This document shows positions 40,126-50,064 of a DNA stretch of 64,000 nt, piece after piece. The notes under the pieces were generated by a model that saw only the letters and a program-made list of their open reading frames with translations, did not search any database and was not told where the DNA came from. The stretch is from Bacteroidota bacterium (GTDB lineage Bacteria; Bacteroidota; Bacteroidia; AKYH767-A; 2013-40CM-41-45), in the NCBI GenBank assembly GCA_016721305.1, contig JADKIH010000007.1:112595-176594 (forward strand), in the 5' to 3' direction. Position numbers and translations under genes: made by a program. How positions within the stretch are numbered: position 1 is the stretch's first letter; every line of letters starts with the position of its first letter.

Positions 40126-40698
40126 TTATTTCTTAGTTTTAGCTTCAGGCTGAGTAGTTACAGGTTCTGCACTTGCCATATTTTGCTCAGTAGCAGTTTT
40201 GATTTCAGCGTAGCTAGTTGTCCAGCTTTGGATTTTGTTGCTCGCATCACTCATTTTTGATTGGAAATCAGCCAAACCTTTAGCAGCATCTTCAGGAGTT
40301 ACTTCACCCTTAGTTACTTTGTCTTTCCACTCGCTGAATTGAGTAGTAGTAGCATCCCAAGTTGCTTTGAATGTATTCCATTCGTTTTGCATATTCTCAA
40401 GCTTCGTAACATTCTCATTTGATGACTGAACCATTGTAGCCATTTGAGTTTTCATTGCTTCGTCCTTAGAAGAAGTCATGCTGTTCATACGTTCAGCTTG
40501 TTTCGCAGCGAATTCTTTAGCTTGCGTAGTTGTTTGAGCCATTTCTGTGCTCCATGCTGTTGCTTTTTCGCCCATTGCAGTCCAGTCAGTACCAAATTGG
40601 TTGATGTCTGCTACAGTCTTAGGATCAATTTTCTTTGTGCAAGCCGAGAAGCTCAATGTTCCGGCAACCACCAATGCAAGAATTGCTTTTGTTTTCAT
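40126..40698 (-). CDS. hypothetical lipoprotein (internal twofold W-containing repeat)
   Basis: Lipobox LSFSACTKK. 190 aa. Confidence 0.45.
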   Translation of the reverse strand: MKTKAILALVVAGTLSFSACTKKIDPKTVADINQFGTDWTAMGEKATAWSTEMAQTTTQAKEFAAKQAERMNSMTSSKDEAMKTQMATMVQSSNENVTKLENMQNEWNTFKATWDATTTQFSEWKDKVTKGEVTPEDAAKGLADFQSKMSDASNKIQSWTTSYAEIKTATEQNMASAEPVTTQPEAKTKK

Positions 40699-40799
40699 GG
40701 TTTTTTCTGGTTAGTGTTTAGTGTTTATTTGGAACTAAAATTAGGAGTTCATTGGTGGCAATTTCTAAGTAAATCAATTACTTATTGACATCAAATAGT

Positions 40800-41402
40800 T
40801 TATTTCTCCTTAGGCTCCGGGATGGCATTCCGGATGTAATCAAAAGTCGAATTCAGGGTTTTTCGCTTCGGAAAAACGCCCTGATTCGCAATACGGATAT
40901 CTTCAATCGAGTAAAAAGCATTCGGATTAAGCTCTCTCACAATGTCTCGCACTTTGGCAATGTCTTTCCGCTTCACAATGGTAAAAATGATCTTCACCGG
41001 TCCTTTTGCACCGTGGCCGTCCATAATGGTTACTCCGAGATTTTCCTTCTGAAGCGCATCAACCAAGGGCTGGTAATCGGTATGAACGATGATTCGAAGC
41101 ACCTGCAAACCCAAAGCCAGACGATTGTCGATAATAAGCCCCACGTAAGTCCCCATGGCAAAGCCCCCGGCAAAACCGATATAGCAAACCGGATTATCCA
41201 GATGCTGCATAACCTGACGGATCGAAACCAGCCATATCAACACTTCGACAAATCCGATAAAAGGAACGATATTCCTGAAACCTTTAGAGATAAATACATT
41301 TCTGAGCGTACCTAGAGTAACATCCAAAGTACGGGCAATAAATATCAGCATGGGCAAAATCACCCATTTGAAAACTTCACTTTCTAAAAACTGAGGGTTC
41401 AT
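40800..41402 (-). CDS. DUF2179 / UPF0316-family membrane protein
   Basis: 200 aa with TM N-terminal half and a soluble C-terminal domain. Confidence 0.55.
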   Translation of the reverse strand: MNPQFLESEVFKWVILPMLIFIARTLDVTLGTLRNVFISKGFRNIVPFIGFVEVLIWLVSIRQVMQHLDNPVCYIGFAGGFAMGTYVGLIIDNRLALGLQVLRIIVHTDYQPLVDALQKENLGVTIMDGHGAKGPVKIIFTIVKRKDIAKVRDIVRELNPNAFYSIEDIRIANQGVFPKRKTLNSTFDYIRNAIPEPKEK

Positions 41403-42082
41403 TACGATTTCTTCAATAACAGATCAACAATTTCCGGAACACCGGTCCCGGCCTTCTTTTGCACAAAGGTAAAGTCGGGCAGGGTAAAGCTACCCGGGTC
41501 AATGAGATACTTTTCAGCTTCCGATGGTGCGTAATTAATAAGTCCAGCCGCCGGATAAACATTGAGAGAAGTGCCAATCACCATTAAAATATCAGCTTGC
41601 GAAACGAGCATAGCTGCATTTTCAAGTTGAGGAACCATTTCACCAAACCATACAATGTGCGGCCTTAGCTGAGAGCCTCGTTCACAGTAATCACCCAAAT
41701 TCAATTCATCGCCTTCAATCGGGTAGACCAATCGAGGGTCTATAGTGGAACGGGACTTGAGAATTTCACCATGAAGATGCAATACCTTCGAAGAGCCGGC
41801 ACGCTCATGTAAATCGTCGATATTCTGCGTAACAATTCGCACATCGTATTTCTGCTCGAGCCGAACAAGCGCAAGATGAGCTGCGTTCGGCACTGACAGT
41901 CGGACTTGCTTTCGACGTTCGTTATAAAAATTCAGTACGAGCTTTGGATCAGCCAACCATGCATGAGGAGTCGCCACATCTTCGACACGGTAGTTCTCCC
42001 ACAATCCATCACTGTCACGAAAGGTCTTTAGCCCGCTCTCAGCGCTGATACCGGCACCTGAGAGAACGATTACTTTTTTCAT
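41402..42082 (-). CDS. cobB: NAD-dependent protein deacylase (Sir2 family)
   Basis: GAGISAESG...TQNIDDLHERAG and Zn-binding Cys. Confidence 0.85.
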   Translation of the reverse strand: MKKVIVLSGAGISAESGLKTFRDSDGLWENYRVEDVATPHAWLADPKLVLNFYNERRKQVRLSVPNAAHLALVRLEQKYDVRIVTQNIDDLHERAGSSKVLHLHGEILKSRSTIDPRLVYPIEGDELNLGDYCERGSQLRPHIVWFGEMVPQLENAAMLVSQADILMVIGTSLNVYPAAGLINYAPSEAEKYLIDPGSFTLPDFTFVQKKAGTGVPEIVDLLLKKS

Positions 42083-42154
42083 CGACGTAAAAATGAACTT
42101 TTCTTCCGCAGAAGAAATTCAGTTCATCGAGCTTTTATCAACAAAGAAATTCGC

Positions 42155-43120
42155 TTAAATGAGCTTCCAGTTTCCTTCGAGCTTGAGTCCATTCAAGAAG
42201 TCCTTTATCTTCATTCGGTTTCTGCCCGACAGTTGCAAATCGGTCAGATCGATATAACCACCCGGTAGATAAACACGCAGGTAAGAACGGCCATCGCTTT
42301 CCACAGTACCTGCCGGATGTGGATGCGAAGCTTCTTTCGCATCAGCGGCAAATAGTTTCACGGCAAAGCCTATACCATTGTCGTTAGTGAGCATAGCATG
42401 GGCAGCCGGATACGGACTCAATCCTCTGATGAAATTGCGAGCTTCTTCCGGATGCAGATGGAGTGATAAACGAGTGTTTTCACGATTCAGCTTAGGAGCA
42501 CTTTTCAATTCTTCGCCGGCAGCTAATTGCTGCTGATGAGTTGTCTTCAATGCACCGGCTTCGATCGAACGAACGGTTTTCAAAATAAGCTCGGAGCCTT
42601 TTTGCATCAGCTTATCGTGTAAACTTCCTGCATTATCGTCGTACTCAACAGGAACTTCTTCTCTGAAAATTACATCTCCCGTATCGATTTCATGACGAAG
42701 GAAAAACGTTGTGATACCGCTAACTTTTTCACCACGAATAATTGCCCAATTAATTGGAGCAGCACCACGGTACTGCGGAAGGAGCGAAGCATGTAAGTTG
42801 AATGTCCCAAGCTTTGGCATGGCCCAAACAGCTTCCGGCAACATGCGAAAGGCAACCACAATCTGTAAGTCAGCCTTAAGTGATTTCAGCTCTTCAATAA
42901 AAACCGGATCTTTCAAATTGGTCGGTTGTAAAACTTTCAGACCATGCTTCACCGCACAATCTTTAACCGGCGATGAAAGAATTTTCTGTCCACGTCCGGC
43001 AGGCTTATCAGGTGCAGTGACTACTGCCAAAACCGGGTATTCATTTTCGATGAGTCTTTCCAATGCAGGCACCGCAAAATCCGGAGTCCCAAGAAAAACA
43101 ATGGAGGGCTTTTTTTGCAT
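42155..43120 (-). CDS. fmt: methionyl-tRNA formyltransferase
   Basis: Likely start at MQKKPSIVFLGTPDFA. The ORF extends upstream into the heptamer array. Confidence 0.9.
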   Translation of the reverse strand: MQKKPSIVFLGTPDFAVPALERLIENEYPVLAVVTAPDKPAGRGQKILSSPVKDCAVKHGLKVLQPTNLKDPVFIEELKSLKADLQIVVAFRMLPEAVWAMPKLGTFNLHASLLPQYRGAAPINWAIIRGEKVSGITTFFLRHEIDTGDVIFREEVPVEYDDNAGSLHDKLMQKGSELILKTVRSIEAGALKTTHQQQLAAGEELKSAPKLNRENTRLSLHLHPEEARNFIRGLSPYPAAHAMLTNDNGIGFAVKLFAADAKEASHPHPAGTVESDGRSYLRVYLPGGYIDLTDLQLSGRNRMKIKDFLNGLKLEGNWKLI

Positions 43121-43151
43121 GGGCAAATGTAGGATTCTTTCTTGGAACGTT

Positions 43152-43184
43152 TGTAAGTTGTCAGGTAAGTAGTAAGTAGTAAGT
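43152..43184. repeat. (GTAAGTA)n, the reverse-orientation TACTTAC heptamer array 32 bp upstream of fmt
   Basis: Direct read: gtaagttgtcaggtaagtagtaagtagtaagttgaccaatt. Confidence 0.75.
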
Positions 43185-43385
43185 TGACCAATTCTAAAGA
43201 ACACTTGGGCTATCACCATACAACGAATCAGGAAATAAATACCCTAATCTATTAAGCAGATTATCAACAAGATAAGCAGAGTCGGTTAATTAGGCGGAGT
43301 TCAAAAAAATCTCAAAATAATTTAAATCTTTGATGCCCTCACGGAGTTTTTATCTAAACTGCCCACCAGTTGCCTATGTAAAAGT

Positions 43386-43440
43386 CAACTTACTACTTAC
43401 AACTTACTACTTACGAATTTCTACCCACTACCTACAACTA
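43386..43440. repeat. (TACTTAC)n degenerate array downstream of the MATE gene
   Basis: Direct read: caacttactacttacaacttactacttacgaatttctacccactacctac. Confidence 0.7.
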
Positions 43441-43445
43441 GCTGG

Positions 43446-44781
43446 CTACAGAGTCTTCAACTTCTTCCAAACCCCCGACCTCAAATAAGCATAACAAGCT
43501 GCTCCGGCGAAGAGCCAGTAAATAATTTCGGAGCCCCAAACGGATTCGACACTGCCTTTGAAAACGAAGGTGAAAAGATAAATGTAAACGAGATAGAGAA
43601 AGATTGAAACGATCTCAATGTACAAAGCCATGCGTGTGGCACCGGTACCGCTAACGGCGTTGATGGAGACGATGGCAAACGAAAAGAAAATTAAGGCGAT
43701 GTCTACTATCTGCATAGTATGCAACGAATCATGTATCAATTGTTGATCATTGGTAAAAATGCCGAGTATTTCTTCCGGAAAAAGTAGATTGATCAGAATC
43801 ATCACTACAGCGACAATCATGGTCAGGCTGATGATGCGATTCAAAAGCACCATCACTTCATCTTTACGTCCCTGGCCGATAATATTGCTCACCATACTAT
43901 TCGCCGAAACCGAAAATCCCCAGAATGGTGTCATGCTGATCATATAACTTCCGCGAACTACATTCGACATGGCCAATTCGTGTGCACCGATTTTCTCGAT
44001 GAAGACAAAGAAAACAAACCATGCGCCTATTGAAAGCAGATTTTGTACGATCAACGGTAACGATAAAGTAATGATTTTCGAGACTTCCTCACGATTAAAG
44101 CTCCGGAATCTGAATAATTGAAATTCCTTGATCTCCTTTTCGAAAACAGTGAATAAAATCAAATACAACAAAGAGATAAATTCTGCCACGGAAGAAGCCA
44201 GGCCGGCACCTTTAATTCCCATAGCGGGACTTCCCCAATGACCAAAGATGAATGCATAGCCGCAAAGAATATTTACACCGGGCCATCAGAAACGAATAAT
44301 AGCCATACACTCTTGGACGGGCAATCCCAACATAAAGCGATCTGAATGCCGTTGCAAGCATCACAAAGATGATTCCATAAGATCGATAACATAAGAAATC
44401 GCTTACTGCATCTATAAGCTCGTGACCATTTAACAGAAATGGAAGCAGAGGAGGAGCTATCCATTTTAAAAAGACAAAAAGAAAAATAGCAAGAGCAGAA
44501 AGAATAATCAGACTCTGATCAAAGACTTCACCAATTGCCTGATGATTTTTTTCACCGGCACGACGTGAAATGATTATCTGTGTACCAATGCCTATCGAAA
44601 TCCCTATCATCGCAAACACAAAATACAACACACCGCCAAGAGCCGAAGCACCCAATTCCGTCTCGCCGATGCGACCAAGGAAAACGGTGTCGGTTACATT
44701 CACGACTGTCATGGCAAAGCTCCCGATCATTACCGGAAGCGCCATTCTGAAAATTTCGCGATAGCTAGTGTTTACCTGCAT
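43446..44781 (-). CDS. MATE family efflux transporter (frameshift near 44212-44290)
   Basis: Two ORFs of 12-TM topology that resemble a MATE transporter when joined. Confidence 0.65.
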
Positions 44782-44847
44782 CTGGAATCTCTCAATAAAC
44801 CTGAAGAACTATTCCCTTCAGGTATTCGCCCTCAGGATGATAAATGT

Positions 44848-45976
44848 TTATCGGATGATCCGGTCCCTGCGAGAGCTGATATAAAATTCTAACCTGGCGT
44901 CCCGATTGAGCAGCTGCCTGAAACACAACTTTACGGAAGAGAACTTATCCATTACCTGTGAACAGGAGAAAGTAAATAACAAACCACCTCGTTCAACACG
45001 CTTAAATCCTTCGAGATTCAAATTGCGATATCCTATCATCGCTTTCTCAACAGCCGATAAATGTTTGGCAAATGCCGGAGGATCCAATATGACGATATCG
45101 TATTTTTCCTGTGAGCTTTTCAGAAAATCAAAAGCATCTTCGTTAAAGAACTTATGTCTTTCAGAAACCTGATTCAACTCTGCATTACGAACTGCAAGAT
45201 CTGCCGCTCGCTTCGAACTATCAATCGAGTGAACTTCTGCAGCACCGGCTTTCAAAGCATACATTGAAAAACCGCCTGAGTATGAAAACGTATTTAAGAT
45301 TTTTTTGCCTTCAGAATAACGAGCGAGTAAAGCACGATTCTCTCTTTGATCGATGAAGAACCCTGTCTTTTGTCCTTCAACCCAATTCACATAAAACTGA
45401 ACATCGTTTTCCAAAACAATACTCTCTCCTGCAGATTGCCTAGCAAAAAGTGTTCTCAGTTACAACAGCATTTTGCTTGCTCATTGTTTCCGAACTTTTA
45501 TCATAAATGGCTTCGAGCTGAGTTCCGTAAATTTTCTTCAACGCTTCGGCAATATCATGACGTGCCGAATGCATACCGACAGTATGAGTTTGAATCACAG
45601 CAACCGAACCGTAAATATCAATGATCAATCCCGGCAAGCCGTCTCCTTCCGCATGTACCAAGCGATAGACATTCGTCGAAGAAAGATTTGTTATCCCGAT
45701 CTTCTCACGCGCATCAAATGCTGCTTGCAGTCGGTCATACCAGAAAGATGCACCGGCGTCGGTTTTCGAAAATGAAAACAAACGAACTTTTATCGATCCT
45801 TCGTGAAAATGTCCGGTAGCAAGATAATTTCCGTCTGCCGAAAAAACTTCTACGATATCACCTTCTTTTACCGTGCCTTCAACTTTGTGAATGGCGCCGG
45901 AGAAAACCCAAGGATGATAGAGGCGGACAGAACGGTCCTTTTTGGGATTTAGAATAATGCGGGGGAAACTGCTCAT
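44848..45976 (-). CDS. class I SAM-dependent rRNA methyltransferase, RlmI-like with PUA domain (frameshift near 45414-45440)
   Basis: N-terminal ORF reads RIILNPKKDRSVRLYHPWVF. C-terminal ORF carries the methyltransferase domain. Confidence 0.65.
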
Positions 45977-46038
45977 TCCTGCAAAGAAACCGTAAAAAGA
46001 TGGAATCAGAAAGCACTTTTAGCGTTAAGGATACACAA

Positions 46039-46659
46039 TCAAAGACCAATAACTTCGGCTGGAATGTCCTGATGCTGAACGTAGAAGCGAAAAGGCAGTA
46101 AGGCATCCTTCCCGGCATAATCAATGCCGATTCTGGGGCCTATTCGAATAATCCTCTCCGGAAATTTCAACTTTCTATCCTCAACCCAAATCTTGTCGTC
46201 CATTAAACTCATTCCGGTATGCGAAAAATGAATACCCAAGCCCTTAGAAACCGAACCCGGACCGGTCATAAGCTTTGCAGGACTGGAATTTTTGAGTGCT
46301 CGTCTTTCAACAATTTGAGTCATACCATGCGTCGGGTAAATCGCACGAATCAAGACTGCATGTGGCGTATCTTTTACATTCGTCACGATATTAAAAAGCG
46401 AATGAATACCATAGCAGAGATAGACATATGAAGTCCCTCCGTCAGCGTACATAATTTCTGTTCTGGTCGAGCGCTTTCCGCCAAAAGCATGCGAAGCCTT
46501 ATCTGTAACACCTGCATATGCTTCGGTCTCTGTTATAATTCCTCCGGTAACGATGCCGTCAAAATTTGTAAAAAGCCATTTACCTAAAAGGTCCTTTGCC
46601 AGATGTACTACATCGGAATTCCGAAAATAGTTACGGCTTAGTTTTTTGCCTCTTTCCAT
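46039..46659 (-). CDS. DNA-3-methyladenine glycosylase (Mpg/AAG family)
   Basis: IITETEAYAG...GKRSTRTEIMY. Confidence 0.75.
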   Translation of the reverse strand: MERGKKLSRNYFRNSDVVHLAKDLLGKWLFTNFDGIVTGGIITETEAYAGVTDKASHAFGGKRSTRTEIMYADGGTSYVYLCYGIHSLFNIVTNVKDTPHAVLIRAIYPTHGMTQIVERRALKNSSPAKLMTGPGSVSKGLGIHFSHTGMSLMDDKIWVEDRKLKFPERIIRIGPRIGIDYAGKDALLPFRFYVQHQDIPAEVIGL

Positions 46660-48557
46660 CCCAGAGTATTTCCTTCTACATATTGAATTTCTTCGTTATC
46701 CAAAAGCCATTCGATAACCTTAATCGATTTTTCTTCGGCCAATGGTCGGAGCTGAACAACTAACTCATGCAATTCGATAGGCTTCTTCACCAGTAAATTT
46801 TTCACCCGCAATTTTGTCTGATCAAATTCCATATCAGAAATTCCCGTCTTGTTACGCTCCAGGCAATAATCACAGACTCCGCAACGCTCTGTATCCGTTT
46901 CTCCGAAATAAGCAACGAGCATCTGCGAACGACAACGATTTTTTGTCTCCGAATAATGCAAAAACGATTTCACCTGTTCAATTGCCATCTCTTTTCGCAT
47001 CGCTAAATTTTCTCTGTCGATATACAGATTGCTTTGCTCCAATCGCCCTGAAGTATAAGTCAATTGTGGTACATCGCTTTGTGGTTGATAGGTGAGAACT
47101 TTTAAATGATTCAGCTGCGTCAAAAGTCGAACAGCTTCATCTTTGCTCATGGTAGCTCGTAAAGCAATTTCATTTTCGTTGATTTGAACATATTCATCAA
47201 ACACTCCTTCATAAAGACGAAGAAGTACTTTAATAAAATGATCGAACTTCGGATTTTTAACCTGATACTCGTATAAATCATTAGCCCGAATAGTAAAATG
47301 AATTCTCGACTGCATGAATGCCGAGTCAGATGTTGAAATCAAACCTTGTAACTCCAGAATCTTAAGACAGGAGAAAGTTTCTGCTGCCGGCAAATTATAG
47401 GTTGAACAAAACCGGTGCAAATCAAAATCGAAGCTCACACCTTTACCTGAACCAACCGGAAGCTGAAAATAATTTCCCAATGCTTGGTAAACGTGCTTCA
47501 CACGACTCATTTCCGGAAAGCTCAAGTCTATTCTCCTCTCAAGCTCTTCGCGATCATTTTGATTATAGAGAAGAACGGCATATGCTTTTTCCTCATCCCG
47601 ACCGGCACGACCGGCTTCCTGATAATAAGCTTCCAAACTGTCGGGAGAATCAACGTGAACGACAAAACGAACATTTCCCTTATCGATGCCCATTCCGAAT
47701 GCATTCGTGGCAACCACGATTCGCGTTTTCTCCTTCATCCAATTGTCCTGAATCCTGCTTCTGTCAGCGGCCGTGAGTCCTGCATGGTAGGCTTCGGCAG
47801 AAATAGAATTACGTTGAAGAAATTCTGCTATGTCTTTGGTGCGCTTTCGGGTACGAACATAAACAACTCCGGTGCCTTTTAAATTTGTTGCAACTTTTCG
47901 CAAACGATTCAATTTATCTTCTTCGTACAATACGACGTAAGAAAGATTTTTCCGCTCAAAGCTCTTACGAAATACATTTTCCTTCTTGAAATTTAGTCGC
48001 TTTTGAATATCGTTCTCAACATTCTTGGTTGCTGTAGCCGTGAGTGCCAGTACAGGAACATTTGGAAGATGAGCTCGGATATCAGCAATCTGCAAATAGG
48101 ATGGACGAAAATCGTATCCCCATTGCGAAATACAATGAGCTTCATCAACAGCCAGCAAATTAACCTTCATCAATTTGACCCGCTCAAGAAAAATATCTGA
48201 AGTAAGTCGCTCCGGTGAGATGTAAAGAAATTTCTCTTTTCCATACACACAATTATCGAGAGCAATATCAATTTCATTCCGGCTCATTCCGGAAATAATG
48301 GAGGTGGCCGGAATCCCCTTCTTCCTCAGATTTTGCACTTGATCTTTCATCAATGCGATCAAAGGAGAGATCACGATACAGATGCCGTCTTTCGCCATTG
48401 CCGGCACCTGAAAGCAAACAGACTTTCCACCACCGGTTGGCAAAAGAGCCAGCGTATCGTTTCCGGCAAGAACAGATTCTATGATCTCTTCCTGCATCGG
48501 ACGAAACGCATGATGCCCCCAGTAACGGGTGAGTATTTGCTGAATCTGCGACGACAT
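46638..48557 (-). CDS. recQ: ATP-dependent DNA helicase RecQ
   Basis: DEAH box (LLAVDEAHC), RQC with Zn Cys cluster, and HRDC domain. 639 aa. Confidence 0.9.
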   Translation of the reverse strand: MSSQIQQILTRYWGHHAFRPMQEEIIESVLAGNDTLALLPTGGGKSVCFQVPAMAKDGICIVISPLIALMKDQVQNLRKKGIPATSIISGMSRNEIDIALDNCVYGKEKFLYISPERLTSDIFLERVKLMKVNLLAVDEAHCISQWGYDFRPSYLQIADIRAHLPNVPVLALTATATKNVENDIQKRLNFKKENVFRKSFERKNLSYVVLYEEDKLNRLRKVATNLKGTGVVYVRTRKRTKDIAEFLQRNSISAEAYHAGLTAADRSRIQDNWMKEKTRIVVATNAFGMGIDKGNVRFVVHVDSPDSLEAYYQEAGRAGRDEEKAYAVLLYNQNDREELERRIDLSFPEMSRVKHVYQALGNYFQLPVGSGKGVSFDFDLHRFCSTYNLPAAETFSCLKILELQGLISTSDSAFMQSRIHFTIRANDLYEYQVKNPKFDHFIKVLLRLYEGVFDEYVQINENEIALRATMSKDEAVRLLTQLNHLKVLTYQPQSDVPQLTYTSGRLEQSNLYIDRENLAMRKEMAIEQVKSFLHYSETKNRCRSQMLVAYFGETDTERCGVCDYCLERNKTGISDMEFDQTKLRVKNLLVKKPIELHELVVQLRPLAEEKSIKVIEWLLDNEEIQYVEGNTLGWKEAKN

Positions 48558-49957
48558 TATTGCACTATTAAAAGTTCAGAGAACTGCTTTCTTGCTATTG
48601 AAAAACGAATGATGTAAGCACCCGGTGAAAGACTTTGTAGAGGAATCGAAGCTGAGTCATTTCCGGAGAAGACTACTTGGCCGGAAATATTTACCACATC
48701 AAAATGCTCCACCGATCTTTTGAGTTTTAATTCAGTTCCGGTAGAGGCAGGATTGGGATAAATGATTGATGAATGCTCCGGTACTTCACTAATTCCGATA
48801 CTTCCGGAAGGTCGCGCATAAACGAGAATATTTTGCCCAAGCGTATTGTCGGTACCCGCCAGTAAATATCCGTCATAAATAGATGGTGAAATTGTATAGG
48901 CAATATTGATAGGGGAGTCGGCAAAATAATCACGGCTTAATTCAGTGCCGGAGGAATCGGTAAGGATTAAGACAACTCTCTTTTTTGAAGTGGCCGTGTC
49001 GTATCCATAACCAGTAATCAAATACTCATGAAAAGCATTTTCCAATAAATGAAATCCCGCATCGCTTTCATTTGATGCACGCAAATATTTATGCCAGATC
49101 AATGTTCCGGCAGTAGGATCTATCTTGCTCAGAATAATATCGAAGTTCGCACTCGAATCGGTCGCAGCTTCTCCGACCAACACTAAATTTCCATCGCTGT
49201 CCTGCATCACACTTTTGCTGCCTGAATTGTAATGCGAGCTGATTGAAAGCTCCCATTGTTTCTGGCCATTGGTACTGTCGAGGCAAACCAGGAATGGATT
49301 ATAAGTTCCGGAAGTTAGTTGCTCGTCACCGCTCAAAATGATTCTTCCGTCGGCAAGAAAATGGCAATCAAAGCTTAAATTCTTTTTAATGTCATTATTC
49401 AAGAACGTCCATTGAAGGATTCCTGAAGAAGAAAATTTCTGAGCAAAAAACTGAACAAATTGAGCAGTCGTTGAATCAGGGTAAAAACCGGAAACAACGA
49501 TACAGCCATCGATATCTTCTGCGATTCCTACAATACTGTTATTCACATTGGGAGAGCCACAGTCGAATGATTGAACCACCGTTCCGGAAGTGTCGACACG
49601 CAAGACAAGCGGAGTAACATTTCCGGCCGTATACACATTGCAACAAAGCAAAAAATTCCCGGTGCGATCCGGCATCATTCGTTCAACCATCAGATGTGAA
49701 CCACCATATGAAATCAGCTTTGAAAAAATCAGATTGCCATTTTCATCGAGCTTCGAAAACTCAGCATACATCGAATCAGCATTAATATTCAATGCATGTC
49801 CACCGTAATAAATGCTTCCTGAAGAAGATTGGAATGCAGCCTTCCCGGTATGGATCAATGTAGTATCTCCGAATTCTTTTGTAAAGAAAGCCGGCTGGGC
49901 TTGCGTCAGGACTGAAACGAAGAACAAACTAAAGAGAAGGTGGATAAATTTGGACAT
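48557..49957 (-). CDS. secreted T9SS C-terminal-target protein
   Basis: Signal peptide MSKFIHLLFSLFFVSVLTQAQ and a CTD ending ...SPGAYIIRFSIARKQFSELLIVQ. Confidence 0.6.
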   Translation of the reverse strand: MSKFIHLLFSLFFVSVLTQAQPAFFTKEFGDTTLIHTGKAAFQSSSGSIYYGGHALNINADSMYAEFSKLDENGNLIFSKLISYGGSHLMVERMMPDRTGNFLLCCNVYTAGNVTPLVLRVDTSGTVVQSFDCGSPNVNNSIVGIAEDIDGCIVVSGFYPDSTTAQFVQFFAQKFSSSGILQWTFLNNDIKKNLSFDCHFLADGRIILSGDEQLTSGTYNPFLVCLDSTNGQKQWELSISSHYNSGSKSVMQDSDGNLVLVGEAATDSSANFDIILSKIDPTAGTLIWHKYLRASNESDAGFHLLENAFHEYLITGYGYDTATSKKRVVLILTDSSGTELSRDYFADSPINIAYTISPSIYDGYLLAGTDNTLGQNILVYARPSGSIGISEVPEHSSIIYPNPASTGTELKLKRSVEHFDVVNISGQVVFSGNDSASIPLQSLSPGAYIIRFSIARKQFSELLIVQ

Positions 49958-50035
49958 ACCATAATGCGGGATTTCTCCCTTTTATGAGGTAAAAATACGA
50001 TTCTTTCGCGAGTCCTTATCTGCTTAAAATAAGAA

Positions 50036-50063
50036 ATCCCGGCCTTTTTGACCGGGATTTGTG
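50036..50063 (-). terminator. clpB terminator hairpin
   Basis: aaatcccggcctttttgaccgggattt. Confidence 0.55.
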
Positions 50064-50064
50064 C